A DNA stretch of 64,000 nt, from NCBI GenBank assembly GCA_965261595.1, contig CBDHDG010000007.1:896001-960000 (forward strand). Reading direction: 5' to 3'. The notes beneath the pieces were generated by a model that did not search any database, was not told the origin of the DNA, and saw only the letters and a program-made list of their open reading frames with translations. Below are positions 35,341 through 47,299 of this stretch, in pieces. The DNA is from a bacterium. GTDB lineage: Bacteria > UBA8248 > JACPRG01 > G963555815. A program made the position numbers and the translations under genes. How positions within the stretch are numbered: the stretch's first letter is position 1; each line of letters starts with the position of its first letter.

Positions 35341-35991
35341 TTACTTATGTTCCATCGGATGCGATCCGAAGTGGTCCGGGAGATCGTCGAGCCTTTCGCG
35401 ACACCTGAACGTCAGCGTGACCTCGCCGGTGGTCTTTCGCGTCGTCCAGTAGTTGCCCCTTAGCTTTTGAGCCGGCTCCCCGATGATCTCGAAGAGCATC
35501 GCTCCATCATGTGGCTGACTGCGATCTGGTATCAGAACCGACGGAACACTTGTATAGCAATATGCCAGCTTGCGTACCTGCTCGTCATTGTCGATCCAAA
35601 AATCAGCGCAATAACTGCGACTGGTCATCTCAGCCGTGCGCATCACACAACTGATTCGGCCAAACGTCTGCCGTATCATCAGAAGCACCGGAATCGGGCC
35701 GGGAACTTCTCGGGTATCCGGGTTCTTCCAAGTCGTCTGAAGGTGCCCCTGCCAAGTGCCATCGAGGCAAGGAAACGGCACAAGCCAGTTCCGAAAGATC
35801 CGCCACTTCCAGGCGTACAGCACGAAAGCCATCCATACGATGAGCAGGATGGGCACCGTCTTGTAGGCGATCTTCAACGCACTCCAGACATCGCGGACCT
35901 CTGCCCCCGTTGCGAGTGCAACGGCGATGAAACAGACGGCGAAGAGGCCGAACATGAAGAATGCGAATGGTCTGACCTTGATGTTCTTCAT
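35341..35991 (-). CDS. cap15: CBASS effector, SMODS-associating 2TM beta-strand-rich (Cap15-like)
   Basis: Two TM helices, AWKW, P.LDGTWQG, IRQTF, Y.Y.S.P, HDG, GNYWT.R.T.G. Confidence 0.88.
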   Translation of the reverse strand: MKNIKVRPFAFFMFGLFAVCFIAVALATGAEVRDVWSALKIAYKTVPILLIVWMAFVLYAWKWRIFRNWLVPFPCLDGTWQGHLQTTWKNPDTREVPGPIPVLLMIRQTFGRISCVMRTAEMTSRSYCADFWIDNDEQVRKLAYCYTSVPSVLIPDRSQPHDGAMLFEIIGEPAQKLRGNYWTTRKTTGEVTLTFRCRERLDDLPDHFGSHPMEHK

Positions 35992-36890
35992 TGGTATCCG
36001 ATGTAGTCCCATGCTGCTTGCAGGAACTCATTCGCCTCCTGCCGTGTCCAGGGCTGGGCAAGACGGAAGAGGTACTTCAGCTCGTTGACCTCGCCCCATT
36101 CCGAGCAGTCATCATCCTTTCGCGTGCGGTTCCACAAATCCGCAAGTAGATGCCGGACGATCGCTGTGTACGTGTCCTTGCTGAATGCATCGACGTTAGC
36201 GTTCCAGACCAGGCACTCAATCAGGAACGACGGCGTCTTCTTGGCTATGGCGATCCCATCGTCCTGCATCCTGTCACGCAGCCGCTTGAGGATACGGATG
36301 ACCCGCTTGTACTTCCGTCCGGTTGCGGTGTTCCGTTCCACTCCGTTGTTGTAAGTCTGCTCCGGCCAGTTAATGACCCGCGAACCTGAGTCGGGATCAA
36401 ATGCGACCCCGGACAGATAATGATGGCTGCCGTCGGCATTCTTCCGCCCCGTGTACCAGCGGCACTCGAATGTCGGGACGACATCTGCGTCGATGCGGTA
36501 CGTGTTGGCATGGACGTCAAATGCCTTGTTGCCTCGCGTAACACCAGTCTTGCCGAAGTAGTCCTCCAGCACCTTCTGGACCATGCTTTTGAAATCGGCG
36601 AACGGAAGCGATTCCTCAACATGCCCGAACGTCTCCCGTGTCGTACCTTTCGGATAGTCGGGGAAAAACGCCGAGTCATAGCGCACGCAGATGTCCACGT
36701 CGCTGTTCTGCCGGACGTTGGTCCTCGCACGATACGACCCTTGGGCGAACACGGAAATGTCGAGGGCGGCAAGTTGCTCACTCGCTTTGATGGCCTTTCG
36801 CACGGCCGTCTCAGCATTGCTGCACTTATCGGCCTCGGTTTGGCCGGGTCCCTTCGACCATGACACGAGGTTCTCTTCGGAAATGTTCAC
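35988..36890 (-). CDS. cdnE: cGAS/DncV-like nucleotidyltransferase (CdnE-like)
   Basis: QGSY...TNV...SDVD, RGNKA, DADVVP, INWPEQ..NG..N, YKR..RILKR, SFLIECLVWN. Confidence 0.9.
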   Translation of the reverse strand: MNISEENLVSWSKGPGQTEADKCSNAETAVRKAIKASEQLAALDISVFAQGSYRARTNVRQNSDVDICVRYDSAFFPDYPKGTTRETFGHVEESLPFADFKSMVQKVLEDYFGKTGVTRGNKAFDVHANTYRIDADVVPTFECRWYTGRKNADGSHHYLSGVAFDPDSGSRVINWPEQTYNNGVERNTATGRKYKRVIRILKRLRDRMQDDGIAIAKKTPSFLIECLVWNANVDAFSKDTYTAIVRHLLADLWNRTRKDDDCSEWGEVNELKYLFRLAQPWTRQEANEFLQAAWDYIGYQ

Positions 36891-38185
36891 GCGCCGACTA
36901 CCTGCTCCGGGCTCCCTAAGAGTGCGGTTACCCGACGATCTCCTGTAAGCAGGTCCTTCATGAGGCCACGCTTCTCTGCCTGCAACTTAGCGGTCAGGCC
37001 CTGGAGCCGCTCGTTGACCGACTGTTGCTCGTCAAAGATCCTCACGATGTGTTTCTGCTCGTTCGGCAGCGGGACACCTACCAAGGCGGCCTGCAGCTCA
37101 TCCATGTCAAACCGTTTGGTGCCATGCGTCGCAGTCGTGGTGAGCTTTAGGAACTGGTGAGAGTGTGACGAGAGCCAGTACGCCAGATAGCGACCCATGA
37201 GCCCCTGTTTGGGCACAATCGCCTTCACGTCCTGATTAAATACCACCTCCGTCCTAGAGACTCCTACCGGGAATGTGTGCGCCAAGATCATCCCGCGAAT
37301 GACAATGAACACCGTGCCGGTCGGCATGAGTCGGGCGCCCGCAGCGACGGCATCCCCGGTAATTGTGTCGATGCTCTGGTGAAGCTCAAACTGCTTCATG
37401 TCTTTTGGGCAGACCCACGGAACCCCTCCGCCCCAGAATCGCCGGATGGCCTTGGAGGGAGTCCCGCCGCTGAACCACTGGCCGCAGGAACCGAATGGCA
37501 TCGGATCCCACTCCACCGGAACCCGCCCGAGCGCGGAGTCCTTGAACTCGTGGAACTGTTCGGAGCGGAGGTTGCCGTGCTCGTCGATTCCTCGGGTGAG
37601 CAGGTCCTGCATGAGGCCGGTCTTGATGCGCTGCTGCTTGGCGATGAGCGCCTCGGTCTCCTCGATCGCCCGATCGACGGTCGAGAGCACGCGTACAATC
37701 ATCGATTGTTCACGGAGGTCAGCGGGGATGTCGACATTGACACCCTTGGTAAAGGCGGTCTTGAGGCCTGGCTGTGCCGAGCCCGAGATCTGCAGGCGGA
37801 TCTGCGCCTGCCCCAAATCAGACAAGAGTGAGTAGTAGAGGTATCCCTGCATTATTTAGTCAGGATCGCCGCGCAAGAGGAACACGTGTTCATTGATGCA
37901 GGCAACGAGAGCGCGGCCAGGGTGATACCAGCCAACCTTTCCTGTCTGAGCGCCGTCCTTATTAATCAGAACATCATTGTCACGCAGGTGCCCCTAGGTC
38001 ATTCTGTTGAAGAACGCGACCGGCACGCGCTTTACGTCCTCCAGCGTGACTCCTCCGGATTGCAGGATATTCTCGCCTCCAATGCTGAGCACTTCGCCGC
38101 CATCAATGGATGCACCGCCCGTGGGGCGAGAGCCACTCTCCAGTGTGGCGATCACGGTTTCCAGCGCTTCGTTCGACCACGTCAT
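36887..38185 (-). pseudogene. hsdS: type I R-M specificity subunit with two in-frame stops (TAG 37994-37996, TAA 37856-37858)
   Basis: Two target-recognition domains with conserved EQ..I, KTGLMQDLLTRG and KRGLMKDLLTG; the reading frame continues through both stops. Confidence 0.92.
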
Positions 38186-40879
38186 GACGACACTTCGAAG
38201 TAACCGAGGCCGACAAGATAGCCGTCAAGGGCCTTCAATGTCTGAGCGCGATTCGAGTCCAGCACCTGAGTGCTAATCGAGTACTTCTCCCATAGATTCT
38301 CGACGACTCGCACGAGCACCCGCTTCTCCGCATTGAAATAGCGGTCCAGCTCGGCGCGGGCGACGTCGTAGATTTTCTTCAGGATCAGGCGGCGAGCGTC
38401 GGCCTCGCTGATCTGGCCGCCGATCACCTTGAGCACCGCATCGACCTGGACAAGCCGGGCATTCAGCGCCTCCTTGTCCTTATCGAGCGCGGCAACGGTC
38501 TTCTTGTCGGCCTTCTTCTTCGGGTTCAGCCCGGCGAGACGGGCCTCTGCCTGTGCGATCAGCGCCTGGGCCTCGACCTTGAAGTCGTCGGCCCCGAGGC
38601 GCTTGAGTTCGAGCTTGAACTCCAACTCTGTGGCCTTTTCCTTGAGCGTCGCCTTGGCGTCCTTGCTCCGCTTCTCGATCGCCTTGATGGCCTTGTCGTG
38701 GTCCGTGAGGTTCTTGAGTTCCTTCTTAGCGGAAGCGCCGGCGCTGTCCTTCAGGTCGTCGATGAGTACCTTGAGGGCCTTCTTGATGACGGCGGCGGTG
38801 ACCTTCTCGTCCTCGTCGGGCTCGTAGCCGCTAACCTCCTGGGCGATCTCGACGGACTCGGACAGCTCGCCCTGGGCTTCGGCGATGGTCGCCTCCAGCG
38901 CCTCGATGGCGTCGGCCTCGGCCTGGAAGTACTCGGCAATGAGGTGTTCATCGGGGATGAGCGTGTGGTGCCAGCCGGTGGAGACGATGGTTTTGAGGTC
39001 GTAGCGGATCTGCTGCCACCAGTTGACGAAGACGCCGGCACTCTTGAACTCGTCGAGCACGCCCAACGGCACGAGCTTGGCCTTGAGGGTGGTGAGCAGC
39101 TCGTGGCGGACCTCGGGCATCTTCTTGCCGCCGTTGCCCGCATGCTGGAGCTGGGCGAAGTCGTCCCTGGCAACCGCCCACCAGGATTCGAGGGCGTCGT
39201 GGTGCCGGGTGAGAGTGCCCAGCAGCGCCGGGGCCGCTTCGAGCGTGGCCTTGATGGCGGGCCTGGCGTCGATGAACTCGCGAAAGGCGAGGTAGGCGGG
39301 ACGCTCGGGCTCGAAGAGTGAATCCGGGTTAACGCCGAACTTGGCGAAGTCGTCCGTGAGCGCAGCGACCTCCACCTCCGGGATTCCGCCGATGAGGTGC
39401 GCCTGGACATCCTCCGGCTCGGGGTTGGGCGTGTTGTCCACGTAGCGGCGGATGTTGAGGTTGTAGTCGTGGGTGTCCACGATCTCGGACTTAGGCACGA
39501 GGCGCGAGTGCTTGGGCAGCTCGCGCTTGTGGGTGAAGACGAAATCGATCTTCTCGATGTCCTCGGGGCGAAGCCGGTTCTGATTCTTGCCCTCTGCGTA
39601 TTCGCGATCGGCGTTGATGAAGAGGACCTTGTCCTTGAGTGCGTCGGGCTTGCTCTTGTTGCAGACCAGCACGCAGGCGGGGATGCCCGTGCCGTAGAAG
39701 AGGCCGGGCGGCAGGCTGACGATGGCCTCGATGCAGTCGTCATTGATGAAGAGCTCGCGGATGAGCTTTTCCTTACCACCACGGAACAGGACCCCGTGCG
39801 GCATGATCGTCGCCATCCGGCCGTTGGACTTGAGGCTGGCGAGCATGTGCTGCACGAACATGAGGTCCGCCTTCTTGCCGGACTCCGGGCACCACTCGCG
39901 GAAGCGACTGGTGAACTTCATGCCGGCGCGGCTGTAGTTCTGCGAGAATGGCGGGTTGGCGAGCACCCGGTCGAACTTGCGGATCTGGCCGTTGTCGAGC
40001 ATGAGCGGGTCCTCCAGCGTGTCACCGTTCTCGATCGTGGATCGGGTGATATTGTGGAGGATCATGTTCATGATGCAGATAGGACCAGACCGTTCCGTTG
40101 GAGTCCTGGCCGTAGAGGGCGAGGTCGTCGGCGTTCTGGCCCTGCTCTTCCACGTACTGGTGGGACTGAATGAGGAAGCCGCCGGAGCCGACCGTAGGGT
40201 CGTAGATGGTGTTGCCGGCCTCCGGCTGGGTGAGCTGGACGAGCAGGCGGACGACCTCGCCCGGGGTATAGAACTCACCGCCCTTCTTGCCGGCGCTGTC
40301 GGCGAAGAACTTGATGAGGTACTCGTAGGCGGCGCCGAGCAGGTCGGGGAACTCGAAGTTGTCGTTGACGAGGACGAACCCGGGCTGGCTGAAGTGGTCG
40401 AGCAGATCTTTCCACTTTTGGTCCGGGATCTTGGTCCTGCCCTTCACCGCGTTGAAGTCGATGTTGTTCTTCAGCACACCGGCGAGTGCATCGTTCTCGT
40501 CTTCGATGGCAGCGATGGCCTTATTGAGCATGTTGCCGATGTCGTGCTTTAGGTCCTTCAGGGCTGGCACGAGATCGCCGTTATCGTCCTTCCAGGGCTC
40601 GTGCCAGCGGGCTCTGACAGGGACAAAGAAAGTCTCGCCGTAGGATGTCTTGTCTTCGAGCAACTCGGCGACGAGATCCGGCTGGTCTTTGAAGTGTGCG
40701 AAGGTCTTCTTGTGGAGCTGCTCGCGTTTGCGGTCGAACTCGTCGGAAAGCCGCTTCAGGAACAGCATGCCGAAGATGAACTCCTTGAATTCCGAGGCGT
40801 CCATCTTGCCGCGCAGGATGTCGGCGGCCTTCAGGAGGAAGGACTCGAGCTGGGCGAGGGTGATTTTCCCTTGTTTCAT
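38182..40879 (-). pseudogene. hsdM: type I R-M methyltransferase subunit, frameshifted near 40080
   Basis: [22 protein letters not shown], then ANPPFS, PHGVLFRGG, YNLNI.RY in the next frame. Confidence 0.93.
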
Positions 40880-41330
40880 CTTCTGCCCCCTCTCACGCTT
40901 CCGCCTCTGCCTTCCCCTTTTGCTTCTCGTACGCCTGCCGGACCAAGCCCATCACATATGGCTCTCTTCTGCATCCTATAGGAAATTTCCAGCGGCGCTC
41001 AGCAATTCATTCCTTCGTAATATACTGTATTATAACGATTTTCTTTCCTCCATCGCACCATCGCACCAGCCCGCTTGATCGGCACTGCCAAATTGCGAAA
41101 GCACAGCGCAACCGGATTTGCGCACTATCTGAGCTCGGCATGCCAGCGATTGACGCCCACGCCCCGGAACGCACGATTCCGGCCCCGGCCGGGTAGGAGG
41201 GGTCGTTGCGAGCCATCTTGTTCGGTCACGCAGTGACAGCGGTCTGGCAGCGAAACCCAGCCCCCGACACTCCGCTCCGCTGCCCTCCGGGGCGCTCGCC
41301 CGCCTCCCGCCGGTCCGCGTCGGCTGAACC

Positions 41331-41621
41331 CTAGCGCACCGCGTCGCGCAGCGTCTTGCCGGCCTTGAACGCGGGAGACTTCGAGACGACGATCTCGATG
41401 CTCTCGCCGGTCCTCGGGTGCCGCCCGGCGCGCGCCGGGCGGCACCCGACGGAGAACGTGCCGAACCGCGCGAGCGCGACCGTATCCCCCTTCGCAAGCG
41501 CGTCCTGAATCGCATCCAACACCCCGTCGACGGCCGCCGACGCCTCGGCCTTCGACAGCGAAACGCGGTTTGCCACCCGCGACACCATGTCTGCCTTGTA
41601 CACCATGTCTGCCTTGTTCAA
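41331..41621 (-). CDS. hup: HU-family DNA-binding protein (island copy)
   Basis: NKADMV, FGTFSV, R.GRHPRTGESIEI, PAFKAGKTLRDAV. Confidence 0.9.
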   Translation of the reverse strand: MNKADMVYKADMVSRVANRVSLSKAEASAAVDGVLDAIQDALAKGDTVALARFGTFSVGCRPARAGRHPRTGESIEIVVSKSPAFKAGKTLRDAVR

Positions 41622-42195
41622 CTCTGCATCTCCCTCAACCGGATTCGATCCTGTCCGCGCGCGGGGACTACACGCTGCCCGGCCCCCGGCGGCAGGCGCG
41701 CGTCCCGCCTGTCCTTCAACGGCCCCGCTAAACCTCTCCACCGTACCAGAACCGCCTTGGTCAGTCCTTCGTCGCGCCGTCGGCCGCATCCGGCCTCCGT
41801 CCGCTCTCGACGATGCCGCTTGCGAGCACCTCCATCTGCTTCCTCAGCCCGGGATCCTCTCTGGGCCTGTCCCATTCCGAGGTCTCGCTTCGTCGATGAT
41901 CCCGTAGCGCCGCCAGCTCCGCTTCCTCCATGTTCAGAAGAAATGTGTACAGCTTGTCCACGATTTCGCGCATCGTCTGACCCATCTCGGTGGCGTCCAG
42001 ACGGGCCGCCGGGAGCACCACCGACCCGATCGCAAGTGCATGGCGATGGCGGCACCTGGAAGCGACCGGTGCGCCCTTCACCACCTGGAGGCCTTCACGC
42101 AGCAACGGGCTCTCAACCGCCGCCGCCGGTTGTGCGGATGCGGCGCTCAACCGGACCCCGGATACCGTACGTGCGCCCGGTGCCGGGTTTGGGCA

Positions 42196-43020
42196 TAGAC
42201 CTCGGGGCTCGTAAAGGCGGCATCGGCCCGAAAGGAACGGCGAACATCAGCGTGCTCATAGCGGGCCGTGATGGGCTCCAACAACTTTCGCCACCCATCG
42301 GCGCTGTGAACGTTGCCCAGACGCAACATCGCCCCCTCGCAGTCCCCAAACGGGTTGAAGCAGAATAAGGGATGGTAGCAGAGGGAACCGAAGTGACCGT
42401 TATAGGCAGTCCCTTCCTGCTGTCCGTGCACCCGGCTTTCCGAGCTATCCATGTCCAGGATGACCCGCTGATGCGGCGTGCGGCTCATGGCCCGCTCTAC
42501 CCATTCCGTGTTCAGTTGCCTCAGCCTACTCAGGTTCTCCTCGCTGCAGAGAACTTCAGTCTCGAACCGGCTCCATGTGTTGGTGCTGGCCGCCTGCTTC
42601 TCAAGTGCCCGCCGGCCAACTACGGCTTGCCTAGCAGGGTCTCTCGCCAATCGCTCGGCATCGTTGGTGTCCTCGTACCCGGCCAGGCGACTATAGACTG
42701 ACTGGCGCAATAGCGGCACCAACTCATGCTGGACGTTCCGGCCATGACGGATCTCTTGCAAGTGGGCTGGCGCTCTCACCGTCAAACCCAGCGCATCATC
42801 CAACTCCCGGCAGGCCAGCAATCCTGCATCTGAAGTGATTCTGGCTCCGTGAAAGTCAAGCCTCAGCTTACGGTTACAATGGACCCTCAATGCCGTCTTT
42901 TTCGCTTCACCCATAGGGGTACCCCGCGAGAACGTGGCAGGGGGAAGCCAACACGCTGATTTTACAAGAAAAAGCGCCTTTCGGTCTGTCGAATCTTATG
43001 ATCTAAATGGGAAATGCGGG
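42196..43020 (-). mobile_element. IS1380-family element, 5' half only
   Basis: ITSDAGLL, GYEDTNDA, LDMDSSES, FRADAAF; end CCCGCATTTCCCAT shared with the copy at 50518. Confidence 0.88.
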
Positions 43021-45253
43021 TGAATACGATGGCGCGAGGCCACCGTTCTTCCGGAATCCCATCACTGATGTAGACCCACCACGGCCGCGAGGCGGATTCG
43101 ACACAAGCCAACACCTCCCCGTGGGCCATGTGTCCAGGGCTGAAGTATTCCTCCCGACCCTGGATTTCATCGAAATGGCCGCCCGCCGGTTGACGCTGGA
43201 TGCTGACCCATGAATCGCCGTCGGGGGCTCTTGCGGCGTGGCGGTCAAGGGCGGTTCGCACTTTGTGGCGCATCGGTAGCAGGAAGTCGCTGTGCAGATA
43301 GAGCGTCCCCGCGCTCATATTCTCCGGCGCGAGCTCGAAGCCAACCCAGTATGCGAAGGCAACCAGGTTGAGGAACCCGCGCAGGTTCGGAAGGAGAATG
43401 CCCCTTTCCTTCAGTTCGTCGACCTGCTGGAGCAGCTTCCAGGCCCGCAGTGCGGTGAAATCCGGCAGGCTTCCCAGAAGCATAAAATCGGACGCGGATA
43501 CGCAAAGCCGCTGCCAGCCGGGCGGAAAGTCTGGAAGGTCTTCCAAAGTCGGCGAGAACCTCCGCCCGACGCCGCCGTGCACGAGAACCGTCAGGCCTCT
43601 CCGGTAGTCCTGTCTACTCGCAAGGGCCGACGCACGCTCCCGGATCCGCTTGCAGACCGCCTCCTCAAGCGGACGGATACTGGCGAGCCCTGCCTCGCCG
43701 GCAGCCTCGAAATCATCCGGGACGAAGACCAGATGGACATATCCGCTTTCGTCGAACGTCCCGATGAACTCCCGCATGCCGTCGTCGGGATCCGGCTCTG
43801 GCATCTCGATGTATCCGACACCCCAACCCGGGCGCCCCAACAGGAACGCTTCCGAAAATTGCGCCAAGTGCCATGTCGATTGGAATGGCCGTAGGTCTCC
43901 TGCCGCCGCAGCCTGCTCAATCGCGAAACGCCTGACCGCCGTACCAATCGCGGTTGGGACAGCGACTGTCGTGCACCCCTTGAGCCGCACCAGGGGGCGA
44001 CGTTCCAGCGCTGGGTGACCCATCGTCTGTCCGGCGAGCGAGCCCGCATGCTCGTTTTGAATGACGAAGGGGTAGAGGGCCCCCGGCCCGACCCCTATCG
44101 CGGCCAGGTCCTCGTCGCTGAAAACGACATGACGACTCGATTCCTTCACCGCTGAATCGCGGAGGACGATCTTTTCCCCCGGCGTGCTTTCCGTGCGGGT
44201 GTAACGCTCCGCCCCGGCCCGTTCGGCCAAGGCCTCGCTCAAGCGCAGCAAAGCCATGATGTGTCCTAGGGCCTCCCGCGCCCAAGGACGCTCTTCTCCG
44301 ATCCTGAGCAGCGTCTCGGTGCAGGCTCTCACATATTCTGCGTTGTTTTCCCAGCGCCCCTGGAACAACCGTGCGTTCCCGAAACTCGCCTCCACATTCG
44401 AGACAAAGACATCCTCGATCGGGATCTCTAGCTTCGCGATCGGGTCCTCGTCGATCTCGGTCAGCCACTCGCGCAACTGCTGTAGGCCCGGCTTCTTCCT
44501 GCCCCGGCAAGCCAGCGCGGCCAGATGAAGCAGCGCTTCGATTCGGGCGGTCGCCGTGTGGTTCTCTGGACGGGTCAGCAGGCCGGAAAGAAGCACAGCT
44601 ACCGCGGGGAAACTGTATTTCCGGAGGCGCCTTAGCAATCGGGCTTGACGCGCCGCTATGCCTCGGAGGTCCCGCACCTTGGCTCCTGCAGCGTCCGCGG
44701 ACAGCAATCTGGCGGCTTCGCCCTGAGGGTCCAGAGGTTCGCTCTCTTCTACGATAGCAACGAAAGCATCCAGGTCAGCAATGACCCCCGAAGCTGCCTT
44801 TGGAGCGGATTCGGCCAGAATCGAGGCCAAGGTTTCCTTCGGCTCATTGGCGATTCTGGCTGCGTCTTCATGGCGTCCCATGGCGCGCGCGGTTTCGACC
44901 ATGGAGTTCCGCAGGCCGTCGAGCGCCTCGTCCGGCATACTGGCGATCCACCCCGCCATGTCGGTGTCGGGCGGGGCTATGAAGACATGCGCGCCGACAG
45001 CGAACAGCGCGGCCTGCATCGCGAAGTCGCTCACCTTCTCCGGGGCTTCCGGCGCCAAGACTGCGAGGGCATCCGCAACTGCGGCGGCGAGAAGTCGCTC
45101 GGCTCCGGCAACGGCACCGGGATCGATCCCGCCATCGCTCACCTTCGAGTCCGGTTCCCTTGCCGCCCGCCGGACGAGCGAGTCCTTGGATGCAGCGATT
45201 GCGGCCTGCCGCTCGGCACGGGTGAAAGACTGCAAAGCGTTATTGAATGTCAT
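43021..45253 (-). pseudogene. large hypothetical protein truncated at the C-terminus by IS1380
   Basis: More than 740 open codons running into the IS end; family not recognised. Confidence 0.6.
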
Positions 45254-45722
45254 CGTCAACGCATTCCGATCCAGTCTTGAAGCGACTCCCCGCGGGCCGT
45301 TCCACTTCAATGAGGCGCCGAGGCCGGATTACCAGATAGCGCCCGGGACCGACCCACGGGGGCCCTTCATGCCGGAGCGGTCGGACCGCGGCGCGGTATC
45401 TTCATCGAGTGCTAGAAATTTCCTATCCGCCATAGGAAAGGCGGACACCCTTTTGCCCGGATTCGGCCAAAAGTCTAATCGACGGCACGCGCCCAACCTT
45501 CCGTCAGTGCACTGATGGCAGTGAAGCAGGCCTCGGGCCAAACTGACCACCATCGGCTTCGGTAATCGCACCACCCAACGACCGAACACACACCCGCCGT
45601 CATCGTCACCCGCTGACCAAAGCCTTACTCGCCACCGCCGCGCATCCCGGCTGGTTGCACGCTTCCGTCCCCGCAATTTCGGCGGCCTCGGTGTGCCGCC
45701 CGACATTGCGCTGTCCCGCCCT

Positions 45723-47134
45723 TGGAGTTACTCGTTTCAGTGGACAGTTTAGGGCTGTCCCCTCCAGCCCTGAGTTGGGCGACAGCCGGTGGACGTAAAG
45801 TCTTCCCCAAGATCGGTGGATAGGATATCGCTGGAGGGGATATCTTTCCCTTTGGCTCACCGCTCCAGCAAGCACCGGGCACCCCTCGGGCCGGACGATG
45901 AACGTTGCGCACTGCACCCGGCGTTGCCTTCGCCGCGTCGCGTTCGAAGTCGTTGGGGCTGAGGTAACCCAGGGCGGAATGACGATGGCGTGGGTTGTAC
46001 CAGCCTTCGATGAATTGGAAGATCGCCATGCGCGCCTGGGCCTGGGTACGGAACGAACGCCGGTCGATGAGCTCGCGCTCCAGCGTGGCGAAAAAGCTCT
46101 CGGCCATGGCGTTATCAAAGCAGTCCCCGGCCGACCCGGTCGAGGGAAGCACCCCCATCTCCCGGCATCGTTTGCCAAAGGCGAGCAAAGTGTACTGCGT
46201 TCCCCGGTCCGAATGATTCACGACCCCATAGGGCCGGCGCTGTCCCAGCGCCATGTTGAGCGCCCCGAGCACCAGTTCGGTGCGAAGATGATGGGCCATG
46301 CACCACCCTACGATCCGGCGGCTGAACACGTCGAGCACGACCGCTAGGTACACGAACCCCGCCCAGGTCGGCACGTAGGTGATGTCGGCCACCCAGATTC
46401 GGTCCGGTGCATCGGCCTGGAACTGGCGTTCGACCCGGTCCGGGACCGCACGATGACTCGGGTCCAGACGCGTGGTGCGCGTGCCCCGGCGCCGGCTCAC
46501 CCCGGCCAAGCCCGACTCGCGCATGAGACGAGCCACCCGTTTACGGCCCACCCGGCAGCCGCCGGCCATCAGCCCGGCATGCACCCGAGGTGCCCCGTAC
46601 GTGCCACTAGAGGCCTCGTGGAGGGTCCGAATCATGCCGCGCAGCTCCTCGTCGCACCGGGTACGAGGTGAACGCCCACGGCCTCGCCACGCATAGTACC
46701 CGCTGGGGGAGACGCCCAGCACCCGGCACATCGTGGCCACCCGATGACAGGCTTGGTTCGCCTTCACGAGCCCGAAGACCTCCCCGGCACCGAGCCGGTC
46801 TCCCGTGCGAACCAGACCGCGGCTTTTTTCAGGATCTCCCGTTCCTCGCGAAGCTGACGGTTCTCCCGGCGAAGCCGGGGCGCAGCTCCTCGAGATTTGA
46901 GCTTGTCAGACCGTCCTCACGACGGCCCTCGTCGCGGTCGGCCTGGCGCACCCAGTTGCGAATCGCCAAAGCGGAACACTCGAACTCCCGGGCCAGCTCC
47001 CCGGGCGTACGGCCCGAGCGAACCAACTCGACCATCTGGCGCCGGTACTCCGGCGCGTAGGGCGAATGAGTCTTTCGCATCTGAACACCTCCTGCGCACA
47101 GTCTGAAGGTGTCCACGAAAACGGGTCAACTCCA
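45723..47134 (-). mobile_element. IS3-family element (orfA damaged; orfB from about 46767)
   Basis: IRs TGGAGTTGACCCGTTTTCGTGGACA / TGGAGTTACTCGTTTCAGTGGACA; AAAAAAG slippery site 46823-46829; WVADITY, HSDRG, DNAMAESFF. Confidence 0.92.
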
Positions 47135-47214
47135 CCGATCCGTCCGGCCGCGCACCGTGCAGTTGAAAGCCTTGTTTCGCCAAATCAATGCCGATGATGT
47201 TCACTTGTTCCATG
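47135..47214 (-). pseudogene. IS110 transposase N-terminal fragment cut by IS3
   Basis: MEQVNIIGIDLAKQGFQLHG. Confidence 0.75.
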
Positions 47215-47299
47215 GACGCTTCCTCCTTCAGGGGTTGAACACGACACCACCTTGCCACAGCGTGATGCCGTCGGGAGGGGCGTCCACCCCATCGATACG

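Noticed and set aside
37856..37996. Stop-codon recoding to explain the in-frame TAG/TAA in hsdS
   Set aside because: TAA, TAG and TGA all terminate core genes here, and neighbouring hsd genes have frameshifts, so decay is simpler.
41761..42150. ORF between HU and IS1380
   Set aside because: Possibly a gene remnant, but no recognisable family or clear start.
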